A DNA stretch of 32,000 bases from Puniceicoccales bacterium (GCA_031288595.1 JAITRB010000013.1:26425-58424), one strand, 5' to 3'; counted from the stretch's first letter, positions 9,633 to 19,099 are shown. The notes: generated by a model from the sequence alone, not told the origin. Translations and numbers: made by a program.

Positions 9633-9728
9633 TCAAACCCCAATTCCGAGATCACGCCAAATCAGGGACACAGTCACAACACCAGACTGAAAATTTATTC
9701 GTAAATATCGAACAGCATCTCCCCTCCT

Positions 9729-9802
9729 TGGCTGCCCGACCAGGATTCGAACCTAGACAAACTGAACCAAAATCAGTTGTGCTACCATTACACCATCGGG
9801 CA
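9729..9802 (-). tRNA. tRNA-Gln (anticodon TTG)
   Basis: Reverse complement: TGCCCGA TG GTGT AATGGTA GCAC A ACTGA TTTTGGT TCAGT TTGT CTAGG TTCGAAT CCTGG TCGGGCA G CCA. It shows a 7-bp acceptor stem with U1:A72, T-loop TTCGAAT, an anticodon loop with TTG at positions 34-36, and an encoded CCA. Length 74 nt. Confidence 0.9.
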
Positions 9803-9907
9803 AGCGAAAGCGCACCTTCCGAGAGCTAAGCCACAAGATGGAATTTCACCGGAGATTAGGGAGCAGCACCGAAGGAAGTCTTAGCCACATGGCAAGCTGA
9901 AAGCGAC

Positions 9908-10465
9908 TCAAATGCTCAGCAATTCCTTTTCCTTTTTGGCCAGTAAGTCATCGATCGCCGCGATGGCCTGATCGGTCTGCTTCTGAATCTCCTTTTCTAT
10001 CCGGCTGAGTTCATCCTCGGACATAGGCCCCACTTTCTTCGCCTGCTTTACGGAACTCATGAACTCCTGTCGTACCGCGCGCACGCCCACACGTCCCTCT
10101 TCGGCCATTCCGTGGGCCACCTTGATCAGCTCCTTGCGCCGGTCGCCGCTCATCTCGGGCACGAGGCAGCGGATCAGCAGTCCCGTCGTCACAGGCGACA
10201 GGCCGATATTCGCCAGAAGAATCGCCTTTTCGATCGGTGGAACCATGCCGCGATCCCAGGGCTGGATCTGAATCGTACGGGCATCCGGAACCGTGATTGT
10301 GGCGATTTCCTTGAGTTTCAAGCGATTTCCATAGCCCTCAACCGCGAGATTTTCGACCATGGCCGACGTTGCCTTGCCGGTGTGCAGCGAACGGAACTCG
10401 CTGGCCGTATGCTCCACCGCCTGCTGCATCTTCTTCTGGGAAGATTCTAAAAGATCACTGCCCAC
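9908..10465 (-). CDS. frr: Ribosome recycling factor
   Basis: 185 aa with GTG start. Collinear with E. coli RRF (185 aa), including ...MQQAVEHTASEFRSLHTGKATSAMVENL... and ...EMSGDRRKELIKVA.... Confidence 0.95.
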   Translation of the reverse strand: MGSDLLESSQKKMQQAVEHTASEFRSLHTGKATSAMVENLAVEGYGNRLKLKEIATITVPDARTIQIQPWDRGMVPPIEKAILLANIGLSPVTTGLLIRCLVPEMSGDRRKELIKVAHGMAEEGRVGVRAVRQEFMSSVKQAKKVGPMSEDELSRIEKEIQKQTDQAIAAIDDLLAKKEKELLSI

Positions 10466-10483
10466 AGTCAGTTGTACCGAAAG

Positions 10484-11200
10484 CTACTGAATGAGTGTTC
10501 CGAGGGGCTCGCCCCTGGCCGCCCGCAGGATCTGACGCTTTCCCCACTGCATGTCGAAGACTCGCACAGGCATTTTGTTCTCCATGCAGAGCGCAAAGGC
10601 CGCCGCATCCATGATCTGCAATCCCTTCTGCATCACTTCCGGAAAGAAAATCGTCTCGTACTTCACGGCATCGGGATACTGGAGCGGATCCTTGTCGTAG
10701 ACCCCGTCCACCTTGGTCGCCTTGAAGATGACCTCGGCCTCGATCTCCACTGCACGCAGCGCGGCCGCGGTATCCGTCGAGAATAGCGGACTGCCCGTGC
10801 CTCCGGCGAAGAGCAGGATGCGCCCCTCCTGCAGAGCCCGTATGGCTTTGTCCTTGCGGAAGAGCTCGGCGATCTGGGGCATCTCGACAGCGAGCTGGAT
10901 TTGGGCCGCCAAACCATTTTGGCGCAGGGCCCCCTCGATGGCCAACGCATTGATGACCGTCGAGAGCATGCCCATGTGATCCCCGCGAATGCGCTCGATG
11001 CCCTGATGCTGTCCCGCCAGGCCTCGAAAAATATTCCCTCCGCCGATCACCAGAGCCACTTCGATCTTTTCCTGATGGAGCTCCTTGAGCTCATCGCTCA
11101 GCAAGGTCAGCATTTTGGGATTGAGAATGCCCCCCCGCGTCACATCGCGCAGAATCTCACCACTGATCTTGATCAGAATTCGATGATAAGGATTAGCCAT
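10484..11200 (-). CDS. pyrH: UMP kinase
   Basis: 238 aa with ATG start. Motifs ILIKISGE and VIGGGNIFRG are present, and the pyrH-frr order is canonical. Confidence 0.95.
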   Translation of the reverse strand: MANPYHRILIKISGEILRDVTRGGILNPKMLTLLSDELKELHQEKIEVALVIGGGNIFRGLAGQHQGIERIRGDHMGMLSTVINALAIEGALRQNGLAAQIQLAVEMPQIAELFRKDKAIRALQEGRILLFAGGTGSPLFSTDTAAALRAVEIEAEVIFKATKVDGVYDKDPLQYPDAVKYETIFFPEVMQKGLQIMDAAAFALCMENKMPVRVFDMQWGKRQILRAARGEPLGTLIQ

Positions 11201-11490
11201 ATGCCTGAGCTAAGTATTGTAGGTGGCCGGAATCCAGCGTCAACTCCGAGTTTTCTTAGCTGGCAGATTTGTAAAAAAACGATCCCAAGCTCCTAGGGAC
11301 AGGCAAGGCACTGGAGGATATTTCCACTGCGGATTTTGAGGAAGATCCGTATTGGCCAGAAGTTGCCTGACACCAGCCCTATGTCCCGCTGGAGGCGGAG
11401 GCTCTGGAGCAGCGCCGCCAGCAGCTATCGGCTCTCTGAGGCCTGGAGAATTGGGAAAATCCGCCCAGGCCTGGAGTGTGAGGAGCCCGT

Positions 11491-11587
11491 CTTCGCTGGC
11501 TTTCCAGGGCCCAAATGATAGAAAATCATTTGGGCCCTGGGGCCCGCTGCGCGGGCCCGATTTCTCCGAAATCGAAAGCCGGCGAAG
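11491..11587. repeat. Structured intergenic element copy C (order long-GC-short)
   Basis: Parse: cttcgctggcttt | ccagggcccaaatgat-agaaa-atcatttgggccctgg | ggcccgc-tgc-gcgggcc | cgatttc-tcc-gaaatcg | aaagccggcgaag. The closing stem is 13 bp with one G.T pair. Confidence 0.9.
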
Positions 11588-11866
11588 AAAAACACTTTTC
11601 GCCGCAGAAAGGTTCCATCGGGCTATGCACGATCACAATGGGCTCTTTGCCTCCCCAGCGTTCCCTTTCCCCATACTTCCTCCCACATAACAGGGGCATC
11701 GCCCTCCGGCCCCGTCGAGCCGAACAGGGGAGTTTTCACATACGGTTGCGCATGTGCAGGAGAAGCTCATCCTATTCCCCATCATAAATCTGAAAACCCA
11801 CCTGGCGATGCGGAGAAGAGATTTAGGCAAAAGACCTGGCACTGAGGAATTCCCTCCAGAAGACTC

Positions 11867-12478
11867 ATGGCCGAACTGACCCTCATCCTCCTCTCACAGG
11901 AAGTCTACCGCGAGCGCATGTTCCGATGGGAGGTCCTGAGCCAATCTCATGGCTACACGGTGGCTTTTGCCAGGAGGCATCGGCGCCACGACATTCCGGA
12001 TGTTTTCGACCATATCCATGCCCAGAGCCGTGAAGCCGGCTCGTCGAACATCCTCTTCATCGATCACTACGACATCGAGCGGCGTTTCCCATCCCTCAAG
12101 CAGCATTACCCACTCTTCCTCCACAGCTCCCAATGGTTTCAATTCCTGAAGCACTACCTTCCACCCGCCTGCGCCATCGATGCCGACGTCTTCGCCTTCA
12201 TCCAGGTGAGCAGTGCCCGCTTTCAAGACGAGGCCCGTTCCGCTGCCGTGCTCCTCAAACTGCTCTACCGCTTTGCCCAGCTGGAAGGGCTGCCCGTCCG
12301 CCAGAATTGGCTGCTCCCCCATCGAGAAGCCGAAGAGCTCCGCCAGATCCTGCACCAGCCGCTCGCAGCCATCAGCGCTGATCAGGCCTCTCGGCTCGGC
12401 CCCATCACAACTCACCTACGCCAGTGGATTCTCCAGCACTCCGATCACGCTGCCATTCCCTTTTCTTCAGGCCCATGA
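11867..12478 (+). CDS. Hypothetical protein (weak RecO-like features)
   Basis: 203-aa ORF with ATG start and codon usage like its neighbours. The segment LLKLLYRFAQLEGLPV resembles the RecO helical region, but this is not confirmed. The 3' end overlaps convergent tlyA by 74 nt. Confidence 0.5.
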   Translation: MAELTLILLSQEVYRERMFRWEVLSQSHGYTVAFARRHRRHDIPDVFDHIHAQSREAGSSNILFIDHYDIERRFPSLKQHYPLFLHSSQWFQFLKHYLPPACAIDADVFAFIQVSSARFQDEARSAAVLLKLLYRFAQLEGLPVRQNWLLPHREAEELRQILHQPLAAISADQASRLGPITTHLRQWILQHSDHAAIPFSSGP

Positions 12479-13202
12479 GAAACTCCCGATTGCCACGAGT
12501 GCCCCTTAGAGGAGAATCCATCAGGCCGAGCAAGCAGCTGCCATCGAGATGCTGCAGGGCAAAGGAGACGAGCGAGTCCCTCAGATTTTCCTGAAGAATG
12601 GCATCCCGCAGAACACCGCGGCAGCGGGCCATGATTGATCTGCCCGCTTCGAACTGGGGTTTGATAAGAGCGATCAGGATTCCACCTTCGGCCAAGAAGC
12701 GCCAAAGCACAGGCAAGACTTTCCGGAGTGAGATGAAGGACAGGTCGACGCAGATGAGCTCGAAGGGACGCGCTCCGACCAGGTCGGTGGAAATATCCCC
12801 GGCGTGCAGGCCCTCGAGGTTCCGGATACGCACGTCACGGCGCAATCGGGGATGCAGCTGACCATGTCCCACGTCGACGCAGGTGACAGAAGCCACCCCG
12901 TGCCGGAGCAGACAATCCGCGAATCCGCCCGTCGAAGCGCCCACATCCAGGGCATAGCGGCCGGACACATCGACGGAAAATGTTTCCAGAAACGCTTCCA
13001 GTTTTTCCCCGCCGCGGCTCACGAACTTCGCTGCCGAATCCAGTGACAGGAATATTTCCGATGCCAGGACTTGGGCGGGACGCGAGAGGAGGACTCCGTT
13101 TTCCAAACGCACCTTGCCCGTCAGAATCAGCATTCGGGCCTGGGAGCGGCTCGCCACCAGTCCGCGCTCCAACAAGAGCCGGTCCGCCCGTACTTTTCCC
13201 AT
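12405..13202 (-). CDS. tlyA: TlyA-family rRNA 2'-O-methyltransferase (S4 + FtsJ domains)
   Basis: The track ORF starts at TTG 13217; the ATG at 13202 gives MGKVRADRLLLERGLVASRSQA (S4-like). Also has FVSRGGEKL, SAM motif LDVGASTGGFADCL and a GNREFL tail. Confidence 0.9.
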   Translation of the reverse strand: MGKVRADRLLLERGLVASRSQARMLILTGKVRLENGVLLSRPAQVLASEIFLSLDSAAKFVSRGGEKLEAFLETFSVDVSGRYALDVGASTGGFADCLLRHGVASVTCVDVGHGQLHPRLRRDVRIRNLEGLHAGDISTDLVGARPFELICVDLSFISLRKVLPVLWRFLAEGGILIALIKPQFEAGRSIMARCRGVLRDAILQENLRDSLVSFALQHLDGSCLLGLMDSPLRGTRGNREFLMGLKKREWQRDRSAGESTGVGEL

Positions 13203-13257
13203 AAGATAAAAGACCAAGATAGTTTAAAATGGGCAGCAACCAGCACCCGATTCGGCG

Positions 13258-14415
13258 TTGACAGAAAACGAACCCTCTTCAGACTTCCAGTATATTTTAG
13301 TGGCTTTTTTTCAAAAAGCAGCTCTGGGATTTGGGAGTCTTGCGGTCTTGCTCTACGCCGCTCAGGCCGAAGAGATCCACGTCGCGTTTTGTCTCGACAA
13401 CAACTACGCCGAGGCAAGCGGAGTCGCAGCCTATAGTCTCTGTAAACACCTCGCACCGGAAGATTTTGCATTCATACACGTTGTCATGACGGAAGTTTTA
13501 AAACCGGAGCATAGGGAGAAATTTCAGCAATTGGATGGCTTATTCCCTCGGGCCTGCATCCAAATCCACGACGACGCACGTACTTTACAGCAGATCGAGC
13601 ACTGCCTGAGTCTGCCCCATGCTTGGCAAAGGATAGGTATAGATGCTTGGCCTATTAAAGGGATGGCAACTAGACTCGTCTTAGATAGAATACTCTCCCC
13701 CGCGCTTCACAAAGTTCTCTATCTAGATGGAGATATTTTGATCTTTTCTTCCCTAAGAGACTTGTGGGACAAGCTGCCTAACGAGCATTATCCCCTAGCG
13801 GGCATAGGCGATGGATGCATAAAGGATCCTGCGATCTTCCCATCGGGTATTCAGAAAAAACGCATGAGGCATTTACAGGTATACTGCCCCAATGAGTCTT
13901 TTTTTCTATACATCAACAGCGGGGTGTTGCTTCTCGAGCTCGATGCCATACGGCGAGAAAATCTGTTCACCAAAACCATCGATTGGTTGATCCGCCATCG
14001 ATCCATTTACCCCGACCAAGATGCCATCAATGTGGTGTTCAACAGGCGTACTCTAGAATGCGAAGGCAAGTGGAACACCTTTGCTCCCTTCCCAACGATC
14101 TCCAAGCCCATACCTGGAGTTGCAGTTCTTCACTACGCGGGGCCCATCAAGCCGTGGAAGAATCCTCACAAACTGCTCCCGCGCTGGTGGCAGCCGAGAA
14201 ATTGGTCGGTGATTGGGAAATACCTCACCCTGCAAGCGCCGACGCTGTGGCATCAATATCGCCAGGAATCTCCCTGGAGACACACAAAAAAGGAGCTAAT
14301 TTCGGAACTCTTCAGCACCTGGCAGGATTGCAGAATATTCCTAGCAGCCATCACAGTTATAATAGGATCGTCCCTACTGACTATTTTCGGCTTACGGAGG
14401 CTACGCTCACCTTGA
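13258..14415 (+). CDS. GT8-family glycosyltransferase with N-terminal signal/anchor and C-terminal TM helix
   Basis: Motifs IHVAFCLDNNY, DXD motif YLDGDILIF, INSGVLLLEL, DQDAINVVF and HYAGPIKPW. The start is uncertain (TTG 13258 or GTG 13300). The central part is AT-rich (two 60-nt lines counted at ~40-42% G+C). Confidence 0.8.
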   Translation: MTENEPSSDFQYILVAFFQKAALGFGSLAVLLYAAQAEEIHVAFCLDNNYAEASGVAAYSLCKHLAPEDFAFIHVVMTEVLKPEHREKFQQLDGLFPRACIQIHDDARTLQQIEHCLSLPHAWQRIGIDAWPIKGMATRLVLDRILSPALHKVLYLDGDILIFSSLRDLWDKLPNEHYPLAGIGDGCIKDPAIFPSGIQKKRMRHLQVYCPNESFFLYINSGVLLLELDAIRRENLFTKTIDWLIRHRSIYPDQDAINVVFNRRTLECEGKWNTFAPFPTISKPIPGVAVLHYAGPIKPWKNPHKLLPRWWQPRNWSVIGKYLTLQAPTLWHQYRQESPWRHTKKELISELFSTWQDCRIFLAAITVIIGSSLLTIFGLRRLRSP

Positions 14416-14816
14416 CGGCAGCGCTTGCCCTCTATTGCCCGGGATGACTTTTCTTCTCCTAATTTCCCATCCCCAGTCCCTATTTACTCACTTAATAGGA
14501 GGAGTTGGGATTTCAGTTCTATATTTTAGGTTTTCTGATGCGTGGCTGCGGTAGCATGAAGGACATGACGGGCTTATACCTCTTTAAAAATATTCTAGAT
14601 ACACCGTCTCTCTCTCGAGTAATCCCAAGAAGGACCTTCCCATGACTTACTTTGGGGAGATAGGATTACAGCCCATCTTCCCCTGTGAGAGAGCTGCCAT
14701 CCTCTCGATGAGGGTTCCCAAAACCAACGATGAGGATTCAAAAGACAATCGAGCCCCATGGCCTCAATAACGCAAGCACCATAAGCTAACGTGCCTCATC
14801 CTTGTCTTTGGCGATC

Positions 14817-16958
14817 TCATCGATTAACGCTCAATAGAAATTCCACATTGCTGCGGGTCTTTTTTAGGCGGGAGAGGAGCATCTCCATCGCTTCCATCGA
14901 GGGCACGCCCTTGAGCGCACGGCGCAGGGTGTAAATTTTTTCCATCTCGTCCGGATGGTAGAGCAGCTCCTCGCGGCGAGTGCCGCTCTTTTCCAGATTG
15001 ATGGCGGGGAAAATACGTTTTTCCACCAGCATACGGTCGAGGTGTAACTCCATATTGCCCGTTCCTTTGAACTCCTCGAAGATCACATCGTCCATTCGGC
15101 TGCCGGTTTCGACTAGCGCCGTCGCCAAGATGGTCAGACTACCTCCGCCCTCGATGTTGCGCGCGGCGCCGAAGAAGGACTTCGGTTCCTGCAGCGCGTT
15201 TGCCTCCATTCCCCCCGAGAGGATCTTGCCGCTGCTGGGCTGGCGGGTATTGTGGGCTCGAGCCAAGCGGGTAAGGGAATCCAGGAGGATCACCACATGC
15301 TGCCCCGCTTCGACACGACGGCGGGCATTTTCGATGGCCATGTCCGCGACGGCGACGTGGTTCTCGGCGGATTCGTCAAAGGTGGAACTGATAACTTCCG
15401 CTGGTACGTGGCGCGCGAAATCCGTCACCTCCTCCGGCCGCTCGTCGATCAGGAGGATCAGTACATGGGCATCCGGTCGGGCCTTAACTATGGCATTGGC
15501 GATGTGCTGCAGCAGCATCGTCTTGCCCGTGCGCGGAGCGGCCACGATTAAACCCCGCTGGCCGAGACCGATGGGGGTCAGTAGATCCACCACCCGCATC
15601 GAGAGATTGTCCCAAGGCACCGTTTCCGGAGATTCCAAGAGCAGGCGCTCGGTGGGATAGCAGGGGGTAAGCTCCTTAAACTTCGGCAGTAGCGGCAGTG
15701 ACTGCGCCGTAGACAGGCCCATTACCTCGATGATGCGCAGCGCAAAGGGACAGGAGGACTGTTCCTTCGGCGGATGGATGTAGGCGCTGATATTCTGGCC
15801 GCGCCGAAGACCGTAGCTCTGGAGGAGGCAGTGCGGCACGAAGGTGCTCTTGGCCTGGAGGCGAAAGGAGTCCTTTGCGTAGACAATCGCCCCATCGCCA
15901 TTGTCCAGTTGTTCCAGCACCCCTTCCACGCGAATCGGAGTACCTTCCTCCAGCGCGTGCAGCATGCAGACATCCAGGATCTTGCTGCGCGACGGCATGT
16001 GCTCCTCCGGCATCAGTGCCGATTCACCGACGAACTTCAGGAGCTCCACCTGGGTCTGGGCATAGGCCTGCATGAGATCAAAGACCTCATCCGTCTCCCG
16101 AAAGGTATTGGCAAACAAATGATCCAAAAAATCCTTTCGGCGAAAAATCTCCAGATTGCGCAGGCCGCCCAGGGAAAAGCCGCCGATGCGCAGGTTGCGG
16201 TTCCCATTGCCATTGTTCGGCCGCTGGGAATTTTGGTGATGGCCGACTTGGGCATTGGGGCGATAGGGGCTGGGAAGCCGATTGCCCGGGTTCGGCCGGT
16301 GGGGCATTGCGGTCGTGCTGAAGCGCCGTCCATTTCCCATCGAACGGGATAGGGGTCCATTCTCTCCCGACGCGGTGCCTCGGGAGAAGCGCATCGAGGC
16401 CACGGGAGAAGGTTCCTGGTTTTTCGGCCGCCAAGACATAGGCCTTGCTTCACCTTCCCAATCCTCCGAATTCACCCCGTGAAACGGGCGCGTTGCCTCC
16501 GAATCCGGAAGCCTCTCCGAAATCCTGCGGGGCCGAGGGCCCCATTCCTCCCGGACTTCCTCCTTCGCCTGATCCTTGTAGGCGAACATCGTCCTCTGGG
16601 CCAAATGTGGCCTTTCCACCGGCATCGGGGCATTCGCCTCCTCCTGCAGCCGTGTGGCCGGAGCCGCGGCCTTGCGGCCGACCCGACCGCCTGCCAAAGA
16701 GGGTTTCTTCTCCATCTCAGGAATCTCCGAAAGCGACTCGGACGAAGACTTGCTCCTAGTCCTCCTTACCTTCGAGGGCAAAGCGCTCTCCCCTTCGATC
16801 TGCTTTTTGGGCGGGCGGCCTCGACGGGCACGGGGCTTCTCCACGATCTCCAGGCCCTCTAAGGGCAAGCTCTCTTCCTTTTCCATAAACCAAGTGACAG
16901 GCTCTGATAAAAAAAATGATCGGAGAGTGTTTTGAAAATTTCTTCTCCTCAAAGACAC
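14817..16958 (-). CDS. rho: Transcription termination factor Rho with long low-complexity N-terminal region
   Basis: The C-terminal ~380 aa are collinear with E. coli Rho ([50 protein letters not shown]). The start is GTG 16958 or ATG 16886. Residues ~30-270 are an R/P/S/N/G-rich tract. Confidence 0.95.
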   Translation of the reverse strand: MSLRRRNFQNTLRSFFLSEPVTWFMEKEESLPLEGLEIVEKPRARRGRPPKKQIEGESALPSKVRRTRSKSSSESLSEIPEMEKKPSLAGGRVGRKAAAPATRLQEEANAPMPVERPHLAQRTMFAYKDQAKEEVREEWGPRPRRISERLPDSEATRPFHGVNSEDWEGEARPMSWRPKNQEPSPVASMRFSRGTASGENGPLSRSMGNGRRFSTTAMPHRPNPGNRLPSPYRPNAQVGHHQNSQRPNNGNGNRNLRIGGFSLGGLRNLEIFRRKDFLDHLFANTFRETDEVFDLMQAYAQTQVELLKFVGESALMPEEHMPSRSKILDVCMLHALEEGTPIRVEGVLEQLDNGDGAIVYAKDSFRLQAKSTFVPHCLLQSYGLRRGQNISAYIHPPKEQSSCPFALRIIEVMGLSTAQSLPLLPKFKELTPCYPTERLLLESPETVPWDNLSMRVVDLLTPIGLGQRGLIVAAPRTGKTMLLQHIANAIVKARPDAHVLILLIDERPEEVTDFARHVPAEVISSTFDESAENHVAVADMAIENARRRVEAGQHVVILLDSLTRLARAHNTRQPSSGKILSGGMEANALQEPKSFFGAARNIEGGGSLTILATALVETGSRMDDVIFEEFKGTGNMELHLDRMLVEKRIFPAINLEKSGTRREELLYHPDEMEKIYTLRRALKGVPSMEAMEMLLSRLKKTRSNVEFLLSVNR

Positions 16959-17141
16959 TCAGGTTCTCCTTAGGTCCCAGGACTTACGGAGAACCACATT
17001 CAATGAATTTTGAGGAAAGTAGATAGAGACACTTAGCAAGCCTTTGCTCAAAAAAATTTTACCCGGAAGCGCCGGTGTAGGCAAAAATCCCCAAGAACCG
17101 GCGGCCCTAGGGCACCTCAGATGCCACCGCTGTGCCCCAGA

Positions 17142-17234
17142 CGACTGTCTTTGGCTCCCTTCGGGAGCGCCCGCACAGCGGGCCCCAATGGAGGGAATAA
17201 AAGAATTTTATTCCCTCCATTGCAAAGACAGTCG
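17142..17234. repeat. Structured intergenic element copy E (order short-GC-long)
   Basis: Parse: cgactgtcttt | gctccc-ttc-gggagc | gcccgc-aca-gcgggc | caatggagggaataaaa-gaa-ttttattccctccattg | aaagacagtcg. Confidence 0.9.
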
Positions 17235-17307
17235 CCCCCACCTCAGTGAACCGAGGAATTAACGATTGAATTCCCCTAAGAAGCACCTAGAGTGCCGCTC
17301 CACACAC

Positions 17308-18927
17308 ATGATTTCCTTTCTTCAGGGCTTTTTACAAAAGCACCATAAGTGGATTTTCTCCCTCCTCCTCCTCGTGATCATCGTCTCGTTCGTCTTCACC
17401 ATCGGGAACTCGCCCGGCATTGGGACTGGCCGTCGGGCGAAGCGTGAGAAATTTTTCGGCTATGACCTCCATTCCGAGCGCGAGCGGAATGCGCTGTTTC
17501 GGGAAACCCAGGTGAGTACGGTTCTCAACGGCACTTTTATCTTTTTCGAAGCGCAACTGGTCCAGCTCGCCCTCCAGCGCGCCATCGAGCTCCAGCAGAC
17601 ACAGAAACTCCATATTCCCGAGCCCACTGAGGAACAGCTCCGGGAAAAAATGCGACAGATGCCGAAATTCTTTGCCAAGGAGAGCCAGGATTTCGATGCC
17701 GCGAGCTACGAAAAGACGATCCAAGAACTGCTCCAGAATCCCCAGATAACCCCAGCGACCATCCAGAAGGTGCTCAGCGATGACTGGAGAATCGAATTCG
17801 TGCGGGGGGCCATGAGCCGACAGGGCTACGCTTTCCCGTTCCAAGCAAGAGATACTCTGAATCGAGCCGAGACCCAGTACAGCTTCGACGTCCTCTCGCT
17901 TGCGGATGAGGGCAAGGACGAGGACAGGGTCATCTCAGAGGAAGAACTTCGGGCCTATGTTCAACGGCACAGCGAGCGCTATTCGGACCCCGAATCCTAC
18001 CACCTGGCCTGCCTCGAATTCGACCCAGAGCGCTATCGGGCCCAAATTCCGGCGGCGACTAAGGAATCGCTCAAGAAATTCTACTCGGAACACAAGGAGG
18101 AGTTCCAATCTATGCAGGAAGGATCCGATGAGATGAAACAGGCCATCGGTGAGGCCTATGAGAAAACCCAGGCCAGGTCAATGGCTAGCCAAAAGGCCAG
18201 TGACTTTGCCTACCAGCTTTACGAAAAAGAGCTCCGCCCCGATAGTGAGGTCTTCGACGCCCTGATCACGGCCTTCGAGCTGCGTAGGGAAGATCTCCCC
18301 CTTTTCATACCGGGGCGGCCGAGGGAGGATGAGCGCTTTTCTTCGGATGAGCTATCGGCACTCGTGGCCACTCTCGACGAAGAACGGCCCTTTTCCGACC
18401 CCATCGAGACAAGGGATGGGTCTATCGCCATCCTCGTGCTGAAGGAAAGCCTTCCGCCGCGACCGTCGGAATTCGGCAGCATCCGAGAAAGGGCATTGGA
18501 GGAACTTTTACAGGAATATCATCGCGGGGAATTCCAAGCCCACTGCAGGGAAATCTCCACCGCACTGTACCGAATGCACGGGGAAGAAGTAGGCAAGAGT
18601 TTTGAAGCCCAAGTCCGGGAGCTCGGGCTGGAACAGAAAAGCTATTCCCAGCTCAAGTCTCCGGAATTACAGGCCCAAGTCTCATCGTCCGTGCGTCAGG
18701 CTCTAGAGACCTTGACGGAAGGCAAAGTTTCGGCAGAACTCTTACAGGACAAGCGCTGTGAATGGGTCTGGCTGCGCAGCAAAAGGATCGATGCGGCCGC
18801 CATCGGCGAAGAGCAGGTGCAGAAGGCTCTGGAATTTTTGGAGCAGAAAATGGCACAGTGTCTGGAGAGCGCGGATTTCATGGATGCCCTCGACCACTTT
18901 GCGAAACAGCCGTCACAGAAAAAATAG
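17308..18927 (+). CDS. PpiD/SurA-N-like periplasmic chaperone (membrane-anchored, parvulin-like region)
   Basis: The ATG at 17308 gives MISFLQGFLQKHHKWIFSLLLLVIIVSFVF, the N-terminal anchor typical of PpiD. It is followed by a long helical chaperone region and a parvulin-like end (FSDPIETRDGSIAILVLKE). The track ORF begins 42 nt upstream at a non-ATG codon. Confidence 0.7.
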   Translation: MISFLQGFLQKHHKWIFSLLLLVIIVSFVFTIGNSPGIGTGRRAKREKFFGYDLHSERERNALFRETQVSTVLNGTFIFFEAQLVQLALQRAIELQQTQKLHIPEPTEEQLREKMRQMPKFFAKESQDFDAASYEKTIQELLQNPQITPATIQKVLSDDWRIEFVRGAMSRQGYAFPFQARDTLNRAETQYSFDVLSLADEGKDEDRVISEEELRAYVQRHSERYSDPESYHLACLEFDPERYRAQIPAATKESLKKFYSEHKEEFQSMQEGSDEMKQAIGEAYEKTQARSMASQKASDFAYQLYEKELRPDSEVFDALITAFELRREDLPLFIPGRPREDERFSSDELSALVATLDEERPFSDPIETRDGSIAILVLKESLPPRPSEFGSIRERALEELLQEYHRGEFQAHCREISTALYRMHGEEVGKSFEAQVRELGLEQKSYSQLKSPELQAQVSSSVRQALETLTEGKVSAELLQDKRCEWVWLRSKRIDAAAIGEEQVQKALEFLEQKMAQCLESADFMDALDHFAKQPSQKK

Positions 18928-18960
18928 ACGCAAACGAAACGCTTAGGGAGGGAGATTATT

Positions 18961-19056
18961 GGGGGCTGGCTTTCGATTTCGAAGAAATCGGGCCCGCGAC
19001 GCGGGCTTTCCGAAGGGAAAGGATATTGTCCTTTCCCTTCGGACAAAGCCAGCCCC
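18961..19056. repeat. Structured intergenic element copy B (order short-GC-long; near-identical inverted copy of A)
   Basis: Parse: ggggctggcttt | cgatttc-gaa-gaaatcg | ggcccgc-gac-gcgggc | tccgaagggaaagga-tattg-tcctttcccttcgga | c aaagccagcccc. Confidence 0.9.
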
Positions 19057-19099
19057 AAAGACAAAGCCCCCAAACAACTTCATCTCCCCACTGTACCCA

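Noticed and set aside
14416-14816. Small ORFs, such as a 33-codon ORF starting near 14538, in the AT-rich spacer before rho.
   Set aside because: There is no motif, no convincing ribosome-binding context and no supporting evidence. The region is left as non-coding.
17113-17246. The 8-nt direct repeat cacctcag on both sides of element E, as a possible target-site duplication.
   Set aside because: The left copy is 21 nt away from the closing stem, only 8 nt match, and no comparable flanking repeats occur at the other copies.
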